A stretch of DNA of 63,833 nt, the filler included, from Stramenopiles sp. TOSAG23-3 (Eukaryota), in the NCBI GenBank assembly GCA_900128585.1. It is 27 parts of 27 records of this genome, joined end to end, with 100 filler letters (N's around TTAATTAATTAA, not from the genome) between each part and the next. Parts side by side here need not be neighbours in the genome. Positions count along the whole stretch, not along the records: positions 16,824 to 25,126 come from LT643039.1; positions 25,227 to 26,751 come from LT645734.1; positions 26,852 to 28,375 come from LT645735.1; positions 28,476 to 29,999 come from LT645736.1; positions 30,100 to 31,622 come from LT645737.1; 22 more parts are not named here. One strand, 5' to 3'. Positions within the stretch are counted from its first letter, which is position 1; every line of letters starts with the position of its first letter. The translations under genes and the position numbers were made by a program. Under the pieces are notes generated by a model that ran no database searches, was not told where the DNA came from, and saw only the letters and a list, made by a program, of their open reading frames with translations. Shown here one piece after another: positions 19,363-31,722 of the stretch.

Positions 19363-21868
19363 ATGGTGAAAATTCATTTAAAGAAGAAGGATGTGCTGTT
19401 GACGGTTTTGGAGTTTTTGAAGTCCAATGGCTACGTAGAGAGCATGAGGTGCCTGGAGCACGAGTCTGGGCTCTCCGTGGACAACTATGGGAACGATTTA
19501 GACTTTTTGCGGGAGCTCGTCCTTGACGGCCAGTGGGAGGATGCGGAGAATTTTGTTAGTCCATTGCGGAAGAAGGCCGGGGAGAGCGGGTTCAATTTTG
19601 AAAGAGTCATGTTCGAACTGCGAAAGCAGCGCTTTCTCGAACTCGTCGACGGGAAAGACCAGGAGGGCGCCGTGTTGGAGCTGACGGCAGGGTTGAAGGA
19701 GCTGGAAGGCAGATGCTCGAAAGAAGAGTTCAACAAACTTTGCTACTGCCTGACCTTGGAGAGCCTGTCGGACCACCCTGACTACTCCGCCTGGACCCCG
19801 TACCACGGCCGAATGGAGTGTTTCACGGCGATAAAGCATTTGTTTGATACCGTCTTCTCCGTGGAGTGGCGCGAGCAGAAAGAGACCATGCAGCGCGTAG
19901 AGCCCAACCATTTAATTACTTTATTGCAGCAGAGTGCCCTGTACCAGGCGAGCCTGTACATGGCCGCAACTTCCACTACGACGCTGCCGAACCCGATACA
20001 CTTTGATGTCCTCTCTCCGACGTTCAGGCCTCAGGATGCGAACGGAAAGGCGCTGGGGCCCCCTGGCCGACGGCCGCACGGGGAACAGTCGCTGGTGCCG
20101 GGCAACGTCATGCGCCACATGCAGCGAAAGCTGGGCGCGGGGGGGATCATGGGCGCACCGTTGCCGGTTCCAGGCGTCGTCCTCGACGAGGCGAACGCGC
20201 GAGGCGTCCGATCTTCGCCCGCGCGGCAGAGGGCGGGGCGAGCGGGCCAGCCGCTTCGCAGCTCCTGGGGATACGGCAACGGGAGGAACGCCCTGACGGG
20301 GAACGATGTGTCGACGCTTAAAAAGATGGCGCGAGAGTACGACAAGCCGAGGGAACCGTTGCCGCTGGAGGAGGCCAACAAGCACGCAGGGAAGAGGGCG
20401 ATGAAGTGGGAGATACCCCACGGCGAGAAAGATGAACCCATGCCGATCATCGACGAGGACGACAAGGACGGCGGGATGAACCTGCCGGGCGGCCCTGACC
20501 CCTCGTTGCCGACGACGAAGGAGGCCGGCCCTGCAGAGGAGGCGGCCGCGGCCGCCGGGGGCAAAACGACGGAAGAGAAGGCCGGGGCGTACGCCTCGAA
20601 AACGAGCGACCCGGACGCGCGAATGTTGGTAAAAGAGGTCGCGGACTCCGCCGACGACGCGCCCGCCGGGAAGACTTCGGAAGGCGCCGGCCACGCCCAA
20701 ATCCCGAAGCCCGTGGAGCGGGAAGGGCCGTTGGACGCGGGGCGGGTTCGAAAGCTAACCTGCTTGGCAATGAGCACGGAGTCCCAGCCCATCCGTACGG
20801 TTGCATTCTCTCCGAACGGGAAAAGCATCGCCATCGGGACGAACGGCTGCACGCTGAAGATATGCTCGGTCCCTGGGGAGCAGCAGTGCGACCAGATCTC
20901 ACGAGTCATCGGGCGGGCGGTCCCCGCCACGCTCAAGATTAAGACCACCGAAGTGTTCGAAGACCTTCACCTTGGGTCCGTGTACGCGGCGTCTTGGAGC
21001 CAGGACGGGAGCCTTATCGCGACGGGGTCGAACGACATGACGGTAAAGGTCACCCGAACGGGGACGGGGGGGGGACTGCACGGACGAGGCGAACTGCGTC
21101 ACCTTTGAGGGCCACGAGGGCACGATCCGCGACGTCGCGTTCTGCGGCGACAACAACCGGGTGGTGTCTGTGGGCGCGGGCGACTTTGGCGTCCGCGTCT
21201 GGGACTTGAGCGTCTCCGGGGAGGACAAAGCACCGCTCATGGTGCTGAAAGGGCACACGAACTCCATCATGGCGGTCGACTGCGGCATTACCGGGGAAGG
21301 GGGGAACACGATGGTCATCACGGCCGGGATGGACCGGACGATCCGCCTGTGGGACCTGCGGTTTCAAGCCTGCGTCGCCCGGCTCGGCTGCATCGGGGTC
21401 GGGGACAAGAAGTTTGGGGCCGCGGGGGGGGGGGACGCGGGCGAGGCCAGCAGCGAACAGGTCAACCAGAGCGCCATCCTGGCGTTGGCGACGAACCCGT
21501 TGACCCCGTGGACCGTTGCAAGCGGGCACAAGGACGGCGCCGTCTGCGTGTGGGATTTGAGGGCGCAGCGGCTCTCGTGGAGCCTGCGGCCCCACAGCGA
21601 CGAGGTTCGCAGCGTGGACTTTTCCCCCGACGGGCGGTGGATGCTCTCCGGCTCGTTCGATACCTCGATCAATTGCATCGATACGGACGTTTGGGAACGG
21701 CGAATCGTGAACACCTTCGAGAGCCATAAGAACAAAGTGTTGAAAACGGTATGGCATTCGCAGCGTCCTCTCTTTGCCAGTTGTTCCGCCGACAAGACCG
21801 TCAAAATTTGGGGACCCATCTTTTCTTCTTCCGCATCATCGATTGGCGAAGAGGAGGAAAGTCGTTAA
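19363..21868 (+). CDS. WDR47: LisH-CTLH plus C-terminal WD40 protein, WDR47-like; frameshifted in this assembly at a G9 run
   Basis: DVLLTVLEFL...SMRCLEHESG (LisH), DLDFLRELVLDGQWEDA (CTLH), EFNKLCYCLTL, HLGSVYAASWSQDGSLIATGSND, PHSDEVRSVDFSP. The frame changes at G9 21066-21074. Confidence 0.85.
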
Positions 21869-22735
21869 AAAAAAAACTGATTATATAGTATAAAAATATT
21901 AAATTTAATAAAAAGTGTAAAGGTTTTCAGCTTTCTCCAGCTTTCTTCAGCTTTCAGCTTTCAGCTCTCAGCTCTCAGCTCTCAGCTCTCAGTTTCGCTT
22001 GATTTTCTTCCTTCAGAAAATATGTACCACAGTCCACAGTCCACAGTCCACAGTTGGTGTTGAAACACATAAATATTTACAATATGAACACATCATCATA
22101 GTACAACATACGTACACTGAATAGGATTCTATATGTAATAAATGAGTTCATTGATTCATTTCTTTCTTCTTTTCTTTAAATCTGTCAATCTGCTTTAACC
22201 TAATTTCTATAATTAAGTATTATATATATTTTAATCTTTTAATTTAAATTAATAATATAAATATAAGATACGTTTTAATTATATTAATATTAATAGAGAT
22301 TATATATCCTTACTTTTATTATGGATTGGTTAAAATCTAAAAAATAGAAGAACAATAAAATTATCCATAAAAAATTAAAATACACACTATGGTACACTTA
22401 CACAGCATCTGATAAAATATAATAAAAAAAGAAGAAGTAAGTGAGTTACTATATAGTAGTGTTTATAATTATAATAGAAATTTTAAAGATATTAAGAAAC
22501 TTATGTGAATGCGTACATGAAAGATCTGTTTTATAATATACGATGAACAATGATTGGTTTGTAATTGAAGAAAAGCAAGCTGCAATGTTGGAATGAAAGA
22601 ATGAATATACTAGGTCGTAAAGAAAACGAACGACAGGAAACAAACAACGTCATTAGAGTAAACAAACATTCTACTAGTCGTTCTACAGTCGCATATATAC
22701 ACACAACTCTACCCCAGCCAACAGGAAATTGTTCA

Positions 22736-24850
22736 ATGGTGAAGAGGGCATTGCCGGGATTGGACCGGGAATTTCCAAAACAACCGCCGTATGCATTGGG
22801 AAAGAAGACATGTAAGCCTAAGACGCGGAAAGGGGTGCTGGAGGAGCGCAAATTTAGGCAGATTAAGGAGATGAAGAGTTTGTTTGCATACGGTTTAAAG
22901 CCAGACTTCAATTGGCTTAACGGGAACGTGTTGCGCGTGGACTACCGAAAGGGCAAGAAGGCTGTTACTGGCAAAAAGATCCCTATTAAGTCGTACTTCG
23001 CCATCTTACTTGAGAATGGGATGATCAAGTGCGAGGGCCTTGCACAAGACCGTTCTGAGACATATGCAGAACCATACACTGACCACAAACTGCTACAATA
23101 TTTTGCAAAGAAAGAACAACAACTAACGTTCGGGGCAGTCTCGGGGTTTACAAAATTCGTCGCCGAGTACCATTTCAAAAAGCCGAGAAACCAGGGCGCC
23201 TGGCACAGGGTCCATTACAAAAACGACAAGCGAGCAATCAACCATTATCGCGAACTGAAAAATACCGGGTTGCAAAAACTTGCGGCATTTGCCGAATTCG
23301 AAGCGGTTGGCACGCTAAAGGACGGGATAAAAACATTGAAAACACTGACGGCGCGATACTTTTCTGGGGAGCAGCGCCAAACGAAGAAGCACATGTTGAT
23401 GGTTGCTTTAGTTCGCCTTCGGCTTGCGAAAGGCCTGCCTCCATTTCCGGACCACATGCTCTTGGAGGACAGCAGTTTCAAAGCCATGCCTGCCACGTTC
23501 CTCAAGCCGGGCTGTAAGTTGACGAACAAGGGGTTCGAAATTCCCCCGGGCGGCTTGCCTACAGATAAGCTAGCCATCAAGCGCATGGAAAACAAGCAGC
23601 GACAGGATCGAAGGGAGCGAAATTTGAAGCGGCTTAAGAATGAGCTTGTGGCGATGTGCGTGCCGGAATACTTGCAAGATGGAGTTAGGGAGAAGAAAGG
23701 CTTAGACGCCATTACTGCAGAGTATATCAGCAAGTGCCTGGGTGCCCTCCCATCGGTGTCTAGAGCGGTGGAAAACCGAATAGCAACAATCATCATAAAT
23801 TCCAACGTGGTGGTCCCGAAATGCATGGCGGACCCGGCTCCGATCCTACCGGACCACAGACTACCAATCCCATCAGCGTCAGGCGGTGCATATGCATTAC
23901 CAGATGATCGAGGTGTAGTAGTTGGGAACGTGGTTGAAGGTGTAAAACAGGCGGGGTCGCCAGTTTTGCCCCTTCAATCAGCCGGGGACGGGGAGGCCAG
24001 CAAGAGCGCCCCCGAGCCAAAGAACATAGGCGGTCTAGATATTTTATTGTCTACGATCACCAGCTACGTGCTTCAGGATGATGGGTCTGCACAAATTAAT
24101 CGGGGGCATGAAGGTTCTTCCTCGTTTGGAGGTAAGGTTAGTTCGTCTGGACGCAAACGGGAGTACGACATTTGCAAAGATATCGATACGACATTTGCAA
24201 AGATATCGGCCCAAGCAAAAAGACAAAAACATTTAAAAAAGATCTGTGAACAGCACCGAAGGGACGGGCTGAAGGAAGAGTGGGAAGCCTTGAAAGCCCT
24301 GGCCTTGAAAGCCCTGACCCCGGAATTTCTTGCGCAGAAGGTGCAGAAGCGAGTGTCGCGCCGAGGCCCGACGAAGATGCAAATATTTATGGTTGCTTTA
24401 GTCCGCCTTCGGCTTGCGAAAGGCCTCCCTCCATTTCCGGACCACATGTTGTTGGAGGACAGCAGTTTCATAGCCATGCCTGCCACGTTTCTCAAGCCGG
24501 GATGTCAGACGACGGAAAACGGGTTCGAAATTCCCCCAGGTGGCTTTCCTAAAGATAAGTCAGGCATCATGCGCACTGAAAACAAGCAGAGAGGGGATCG
24601 TAGGCGGCGAAATCTACAGCGGCTTGAGAACGAGCTTGTTACGATGTGTATGCCGCTAAAGGGGAAATTCGTAGTCAGGAAGAAAGAAATTTTAAATTGC
24701 GTGGCAAGGTACCTTAGCGCCCTCCCACCAGTGTCGTTAGCGGAGAAAATACGGATATCATCCATAATCGAAAATTCTCAAGTGTTGATCCCAAAAGGTA
24801 TGGGGAAGCCGAAGAGGGCGGAAGTAATGGGGTTTAAGGAAAGCATTTAA
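22736..24850 (+). CDS. Protein with probable N-terminal RAMA domain and a duplicated ~140-aa unknown domain
   Basis: SLFAYGLKP...VLRVDY...YFAILLENGMI...TFGAVSGF...GAWHRVHYK...INHYR fits the RAMA pattern. MVALVRLRLAKGLPPFPDHMLLEDSSF occurs at 23399 and 24389. Confidence 0.7.
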   Translation: MVKRALPGLDREFPKQPPYALGKKTCKPKTRKGVLEERKFRQIKEMKSLFAYGLKPDFNWLNGNVLRVDYRKGKKAVTGKKIPIKSYFAILLENGMIKCEGLAQDRSETYAEPYTDHKLLQYFAKKEQQLTFGAVSGFTKFVAEYHFKKPRNQGAWHRVHYKNDKRAINHYRELKNTGLQKLAAFAEFEAVGTLKDGIKTLKTLTARYFSGEQRQTKKHMLMVALVRLRLAKGLPPFPDHMLLEDSSFKAMPATFLKPGCKLTNKGFEIPPGGLPTDKLAIKRMENKQRQDRRERNLKRLKNELVAMCVPEYLQDGVREKKGLDAITAEYISKCLGALPSVSRAVENRIATIIINSNVVVPKCMADPAPILPDHRLPIPSASGGAYALPDDRGVVVGNVVEGVKQAGSPVLPLQSAGDGEASKSAPEPKNIGGLDILLSTITSYVLQDDGSAQINRGHEGSSSFGGKVSSSGRKREYDICKDIDTTFAKISAQAKRQKHLKKICEQHRRDGLKEEWEALKALALKALTPEFLAQKVQKRVSRRGPTKMQIFMVALVRLRLAKGLPPFPDHMLLEDSSFIAMPATFLKPGCQTTENGFEIPPGGFPKDKSGIMRTENKQRGDRRRRNLQRLENELVTMCMPLKGKFVVRKKEILNCVARYLSALPPVSLAEKIRISSIIENSQVLIPKGMGKPKRAEVMGFKESI

Positions 24851-25279
24851 AAATCTAGCACACGAGTTCTACACGACAGGAAAAAACGAACAGTTAAAGT
24901 TACGCCAGTTACGAAGGAAATTGCAAACCTAGAATGTCTAAATCTAGATTTTCAGTTCGCAGTGACATTAATTTTAATTATCATACCAATTTTCTTGTTA
25001 AAAAAAAGTCTTATCATACGACGCCTTTTTGTGTTTTTAATAATTTTCAATTTTATGTTAGTTTGAATGATGAATACCAGAAGTCTTATTCTGGAACAAG
25101 GAGGAGTTTGGGTTCTTGAACGGTTTNNNNNNNNNNNNNNNNNNNNNNNNNNNNNNNNNNNNNNNNNNNNTTAATTAATTAANNNNNNNNNNNNNNNNNN
25201 NNNNNNNNNNNNNNNNNNNNNNNNNNCATTTGCCAAAATCCCAATGTCGGAGCTGAACGCGATCCATAACGACAAAGGG

Positions 25280-26751
25280 TTCCAGAAAAAAATTCAGAAG
25301 CTTATAATATTTTTTGAAATCTTGTTAAAACAAAAATTAAAGATTTTGATTTTAAATTTTTTTCTGATCGTGAATATTTTTTTACTGAAGTTAAAACTTC
25401 TTATCTTGAAATTAAAGTTACAGGAGACCTTTGAATGTATGATGGTTTAGATGCTAGTATGCAAGTAGAAAAACAAGTAATTAATTTTTTTAATGATTGG
25501 TCGGCTAAGCCTGGTATGCTTGACTTAGGTTACAAAGTAAAACATCATTATTCATCAGAAAATCATCCATTCACTTATAAATCTTCAGATGAGCTTGTAA
25601 ATAATGTAGATTCTACTTCTTATATTCTTAATGGAAAAGATTTAGAGTCTAAAGAAGACCTTACTTCTACAGAAAAAACTAAATCTGAAAATAAAAAAAA
25701 AGATAGTGATGATGATGATGGTAGTAATGGAGGTAATTCTGGAGAGGGATCTTCTTCTAATGAAGAAACTCCATCAGCAGAAACTGAAGTAGATACCACT
25801 TCAGTAGAAGATACTGTCAATAGTATTGTAGCTGAATTATTTGATTTTAATTGAGAAGTTTTATCAAATAGTTTAGTTTTAAATTTAGAACAATGAAATT
25901 TTTCTATTTATGGGACCATTATTATTGTTTTAAGTTTTTTAATTGGTACTTTATTTTATAAAATTAAAGGAGCTCCTTTTCATATTTGAGCCCCAACTAT
26001 TTATACTAGAATGCCTACAGGATCTATGGTAGTATTAGTTACTATTTTTACTTTAATTTTTAGTTTATATTTTTTTCAATTATTTTTTAAAATTTTTTAT
26101 TTATATTCTAATTTCTTTAGTCAATTTTTTATTTTAGGAGGAATTTTATCTTTAATTTTTGGATTTTTAGGAGCTTTTGATCAAAAATTATTAAAAAAAT
26201 TTTTTATTTATAGTTCTATAGGGCATGTAGCTTTCTTATTATTTTCATTTATTGCGCCTTATACTTTCCAAAGTGGAACTAGTTTACTTATGTATTTATT
26301 AATTTATTTAGTTTCAACTTTTTTATTATGGTTTTTAATTACACATAATACAAAAAAAGTTGAATTTTTATCTAATTTATTAGTTAATATTAAAGAAAAT
26401 TCTTTATATTTTTTTTTATTTGTTATTATAGTTTTTTCTATGAGTGGTATTCCACCTTTAGCAGGATTTTTTATTAAATTTGATATACTTTCAATTCTTG
26501 CTTTATCGAATGAATTTTTAATTTTATTTACTACTTTATTAATAACTGTAGCAAGTTTTTATTATTATTTAAGATTAGTAAAAATTTCAAGTTTTGAGAA
26601 TTTTAAATCATATTTACTCCAATTTTTAAAAATTGAAAATTTTTGAGTTTATATTCGTTTAGTATTTTTATTTGTATTCATTATGTTTTTATTATTCTTT
26701 CCTATTATTTTTGAACAAAGTTTTTATTACGTACTTTCTTTTATTTTTTAA
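25280..26751 (+). CDS. nad2: Mitochondrial NADH dehydrogenase subunit 2, 5'-partial, TGA=Trp
   Basis: YKIKGAPFHI(TGA)APTIY, KKFFIYSSIGH, FSMSGIPPLAGFFIKF, FYYYLRLVK. Very AT-rich; a single frame is open to TAA 26749-26751 if TGA is read as Trp. Confidence 0.93.
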
Positions 26752-26851
26752 NNNNNNNNNNNNNNNNNNNNNNNNNNNNNNNNNNNNNNNNNNNNTTAAT
26801 TAATTAANNNNNNNNNNNNNNNNNNNNNNNNNNNNNNNNNNNNNNNNNNNN

Positions 26852-28038
26852 GCCATGTGCTTTCCAAGAGCCCCTTGGAACTTTGCCGACACAACGCTGC
26901 CAAGAAGCCTGGGTGGGGAGTCGGACGACTTCAAACAGCCCGCGGTGATCAGCTCGCTCACGTACTTTTCCACGTGTCGAACCGCCAGCATGACCTCGTC
27001 GAGCTCGACGGTGCCGACGTGGTTCACAAACATTTTCATAATGTCCCCCCTTTTCCGGCGCGGAATCATTTTCGCAATGCTTTTGCTCTTGATCCCACCC
27101 GCCACCGAAGCGCCGACCAGGGCCGCAATGGCCTCTGCCTCCCGCATCTGTTCCGGGACTTCCAAAGGCAGGTGCGGGACCGGGGAGGTACCGCTTTGGC
27201 GTTCCCGCCGGTCGCACAGGGCCTTCGTCTGGTGGGCGCTGTGGCCTTCGATGGTCAGCACGACGCACGCTATTAACAGGTGGAACGCTTCTAGCAAATT
27301 TGGGGTCTCGCCGTACAAGTGTGTCTTCAGCAGCAGGAAAAGGGTCCATGAGTACTGGAGGAGGTGGGTCTCGACGGACTTTTTGCCCCGCCTCGACACA
27401 ATGTTGTCCGCGCCCAGGGCGTCGCGGTACTTCCAGAGCTGAACGAATTTTCGGTGCATCGCGCTGTCGGTGATGACGACCGTCTTCAGCCGGTTCAGCT
27501 TTTCGTCAAAGTCACGGCACATGTTGAGCGTTCCCCGCTTCGAATGATTTTGGATGACACCCATGTTATCGAAGAACGCCATGATGCGCAGCTTCGTGGC
27601 GATCATGAGCGTGGAAAATTTGACACCGTTCCACTCTGCCACGGAAACCGCAGTGCCCGTGGCGTGTCCTTCCTGGGTGTTCGCAATGAACAGGGCGCAG
27701 GCGGTCCACATGTTTGCCTCGTAGTCACGGGGGGAGCAGAAGTAATCCCTGCCACCTACAATCGAGTTTTGCTGCTTGGAAGCAGAACCAGAAGTTGCGA
27801 GGGGCCCCTTGCCCCCCCGAAAGGCATCCGGCAGTGGGTGGATGCCCATACCTAAAATCAGCTCGAGCACTTTCAGGCCCCTCGCAGTGTTTCCTTCGTC
27901 CAGGTTAAGCTTTCTACACACCACATAGAACTGTTCCTTCACGTGCGCGGTTCTAGAGCCCGGCGACACGCTCATCGAAGGGGGCGGTGGAAGAGAAGCG
28001 CCCCCCTCCCGCCCAGAATGGGGAGTAGACGAATCCAT
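26852..28038 (-). CDS. RBR: Retinoblastoma-related protein, N-terminal domain, 3'-partial
   Basis: CRKLNLDE, WTACALFIA, GVKFSTLM...FFDNM and WTLFLLLK...LLEAFHLLIACV match the RBL/RBR N-terminal region. Confidence 0.8.
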
Positions 28039-28792
28039 CGCACTCTTCACGACGGAAGGAAAGCGGGAGTCGGCCACTTCGGTGCTGCCGTACCTGAACT
28101 CAACACTCGGCCAAGCTTGTTCCAACAAACGTTATGGAATAGAACCAACACACCGTTCACGCTCAACAAAGAAATAGAAAATAATTCCGGTCACCAGAAC
28201 GAAAGTTTCTTTTCTGTACGATTAACTGTTCAGTGGCATGATTCTCTGAACAATTGATGGGGTCTATTTCATTTCTTTTTTTACACAATAAACTCTCAAG
28301 GAACGCAAAGGAATCGAGCTAAATCTAAACTATACACAACAACAACAACAAAAATAATAATGTAAGGAAATAAATNNNNNNNNNNNNNNNNNNNNNNNNN
28401 NNNNNNNNNNNNNNNNNNNTTAATTAATTAANNNNNNNNNNNNNNNNNNNNNNNNNNNNNNNNNNNNNNNNNNNNCTGTTATATTTAAAAAAAACAAAGA
28501 AGTAAATTCCTCACAAATTTTAAAAAACAAAAATTGGCTGTTATTGAACGTAAAGTTTAAAACGAAAAATTGGCTGTTATTTAAGTTTGTACCTGTACCG
28601 TATACGAGGTAATAATAAATAATATTATTATATTTTAACACAGGTACACCGTAAAATACTACGAGAGGAGTAATTAACAAACAGCAATAGCGAAAGAAAT
28701 GAAGAAGTATGTGAGGAAGCTAAATTTTAATTACTCTAAAATTGTTTTTGATGAAAAGTATATTCTAAAATTTGCGGGCAATTTTTATTTAT

Positions 28793-29500
28793 TTATAACT
28801 TCTTCACCATGGCTGCATAGTTAGGAGTTGTTCCCTTGGGTAACGTCGTTGAACGCATCGGCATTTTGGTAGATCCAAGGGTTCAAAAATCCCATTGGCT
28901 TTCCACCGGAGGCAAGGCGGACTTCGTTCAAGCGAGCAAATACAGCTGCAGCAGTTGGGCAAGCTGCTGAGGTGCCTGCAATTCCCATCAGGATGCTACC
29001 AACACCAATGCAGTATGGGTTCTGTGTCCCTGCAAGAGCAGAGATGTCAGGGTACCCTCTTCCGGTATTGTTCCAGTAACTTTGTGGGGGGAGACCTTTG
29101 GTGTTCTTGATGTAGCCTTCTACCGCTTCTTGCTGGTAAGATGGAATTGGGAAAGTGTCAGAGAAACCGCCGCCTCCATCAACCCAGGCCTTTTCGTCAC
29201 CAATTTCGGACGCCGTGGCAAAGTCAGTCCCGCCAACGGCGGTAACGTACGGGCTTCCGGCCGGGAAGTCTGGATGAAAGCGTGCGCCGCCACCTTCTCG
29301 GCCGAGCACACCTTGGTCGCCAGAGGCGAACAAGATGCTGATGCCTCGAACGCCTAGCTTTTGGAATTCAGTATTGACCGATTCCATGTAGGGGACACCC
29401 GTTTGTTGCGCTTCATCGTTTCCATAGGAGACAGAGTGAATAAGGGGTACATCTTTGTCCGACATGTCCGACACCTGCTTGGCCCAATTTAAAAGGGAAA
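28793..29500 (-). pseudogene. Sedolisin (S53, TPP1-like) C-terminal fragment with an internal deletion
   Basis: SVSYG, FASGDQG, PYVTAVGGT, GRGYPDISA, GTSAACP, GFLNPWIY. The tail TPNYAAMVKKL* is out of frame and the GWDPxTG motif is missing. Confidence 0.85.
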
Positions 29501-30100
29501 ATTGGCCGCTTTAACTGTACTTCAATGTGCACTGTACATCCTTCACCAGAGCGCCTACGCCGACCTGTACATGAACAATCCCCGCGGTAGTAACAACAAA
29601 CTGAACGAAGTCCCTATCCTTCTGTGCTTTCGCCTGGGCTGCCCTTTGCATTGAAATTATAGAAAATGATATCAACTAAATATTGAGCTTTCCGTAGTCC
29701 AAGTGGATTGCACCGCCTGCGCGCGCATTATTGCCAGCCAAAATGGTGTTCAAAAGGTTAAAACTGCTATTAAATGTACAATACGAGGTCTACTTGTTGT
29801 ACCTTTACCATTCACCAACGGCAAATTTGCATACCATGAACATGATTAGTGTCCAGAAGAAACCCATTAAACGCTGGTGCCTCAAACGCTGTTGCATTGC
29901 GGAATATATCCTCCATTGATTCTGAATGTTTCTTGCCGCGGCATTTTTCAGGATACACCGAAGTCGATAGTGCCTCCATTGAGTCTGAATGTTTCTTGCN
30001 NNNNNNNNNNNNNNNNNNNNNNNNNNNNNNNNNNNNNNNNNNNTTAATTAATTAANNNNNNNNNNNNNNNNNNNNNNNNNNNNNNNNNNNNNNNNNNNNA

Positions 30101-31604
30101 TTTTGGGGAGCTGGCGTTGCTGAACAAGGAGAAGCGGAACCGGGACGTTGTCGCAAGGGAAGACACCACTTGCCTCGTCCTTGGTATATCCGACTTTGAG
30201 CGCTTGTTGGGGAGTTTGAAAGGGGTCATGGACAAGAATTTGGGCATGAGGGTAATCCGAACTGTCGAACTTTTCAAGACGCTGAGTACCGACGTATGCG
30301 AGCGAGTCGTAGACGCGTTCAAAGAGCGCGTTTTCTCCAAGGGCGACACGGTAATCAAGGAAAACGATCCCGGCACCAGCTTCTGTGTTGTCCGGGAAGG
30401 GATGGCGACCGTCATGAAAAACGGCAAGGAAATTACTGCCCTGTCCGAAGGTCAATTTTTCGGGGAAGGCTCTCTATTGAGCAATGAACCCCGGTCGGCG
30501 ACCATCGTTGCTAATTCAGAGAACCTACGGGTGATGGAGCTGGAGAAGTCCGACTTTGACAGGCTCCTCGGCCCCGTCAAAGCGGTGATTGCAAAGACTG
30601 CAGAAGAACGGAAAAAACACATGGCTGTGAAATCGGTCAATTTGGCCACCGTTAAAGCGAGCGCGGTGCGCCCGCTTGGTCAGGGCACCTTTGGGCTCGT
30701 CAAACTAGTCAATCTGAAAGGCCATGGCACGTTTGCTCTTAAATGCATGAGCAAGAAACAGATTGCTAGAAGCAAGCTTGCGGCGAACACGTTGTACGAG
30801 AAGCGGATGATGGTCGAGAGCAACCACCCGTTCGTGCTTCGGCTGGTGAACACGTACCAAGACGACAACAGTTTGTACATGCTTCTGGAAATTTGCAGCG
30901 GCGGGGAGCTGTTCAAATTTTTGCAAACGAGGGGTGGATTCGTAGGTCCCAAACATGCCCAATTCATAAGCGCGTGTGTCGTGTCCGTCTTTGAGTACAT
31001 TCACAGCCGAAACATTTGTTACCGCGACTTGAAACCAGAAAACCTTATGATCGACTCCCAGGGGTTCATCAAGATGGTCGACTTTGGCTTTGCAAAGGTG
31101 GTGACGGACAAGACCTTTACCATGTGCGGCACGCCCGAGTACATGGCGCCCGAAATTTTGCTCCGTCGGGGCCACAATAAAGGCGTCGATTACTGGGCAG
31201 TCGGCATTTTGATGTACGAGTGCGAGAGCGGGAAAACCCCGTTCGCAGACTACGACTGTTACGACAACCGTGTCATCTGTGAAAATATATTGCGGAAGCC
31301 CTTGGCCTTTCACCGACGGTTCAGGGGAAAGGACAACTCAAAGGATTTAATTAAGAAGCTGGTCTTGCGCAGAGAGGACAAGAGATTGGGAATGCTGGCC
31401 GGCGGGGCCCGTGACATAAAGGGCCACCCGTACTTTAACGGCATGGACTTTATCAAACTGGTCACCAAAGAAATTAAGCCACCTTACGTTCCTCCTAAGG
31501 TTAGCCAAGATGGCATCTCGGAATCGGCATTTCGAAAGATTCGCACACGGGGGGAGAATAACGAAAAGTATAATGGGGACCAAGATCTATTTGCTGATTT
31601 TTAA
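30101..31604 (+). CDS. cGMP-dependent protein kinase-like (cNMP-binding domains plus AGC kinase), 5'-partial
   Basis: FGELALL and FFGEGSLLSNEPRSATI cNMP motifs; LGQGTFG, YRDLKPEN, DFGFAK, TFTMCGTPEYMAPE. Confidence 0.93.
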
Positions 31605-31722
31605 ATTTAAAATGATGGGGCGNNNNNNNNNNNNNNNNNNNNNNNNNNNNNNNNNNNNNNNNNNNNTTAATTAATTAANNNNNNNNNNNNNNNNNNNNNN
31701 NNNNNNNNNNNNNNNNNNNNNN

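Noticed and set aside
19485-21819. Many long overlapping antisense and alternate-frame ORFs (also 59137-60162, 48772-49424)
   Set aside because: Expected by-product of GC-rich coding sequence; no recognisable motifs.
25435-25854. Stand-alone 139-aa acidic ORF
   Set aside because: Bounded by TGA codons in the nad2 frame; part of the same reading frame under code 4.
29910-29999. Short direct repeat CCTCCATTGAkTCTGAATGTTTCTTGC, and small duplications at 62860-62950 and 63189-63263
   Set aside because: Two copies each, at contig edges or in low-complexity DNA; no supportable function.
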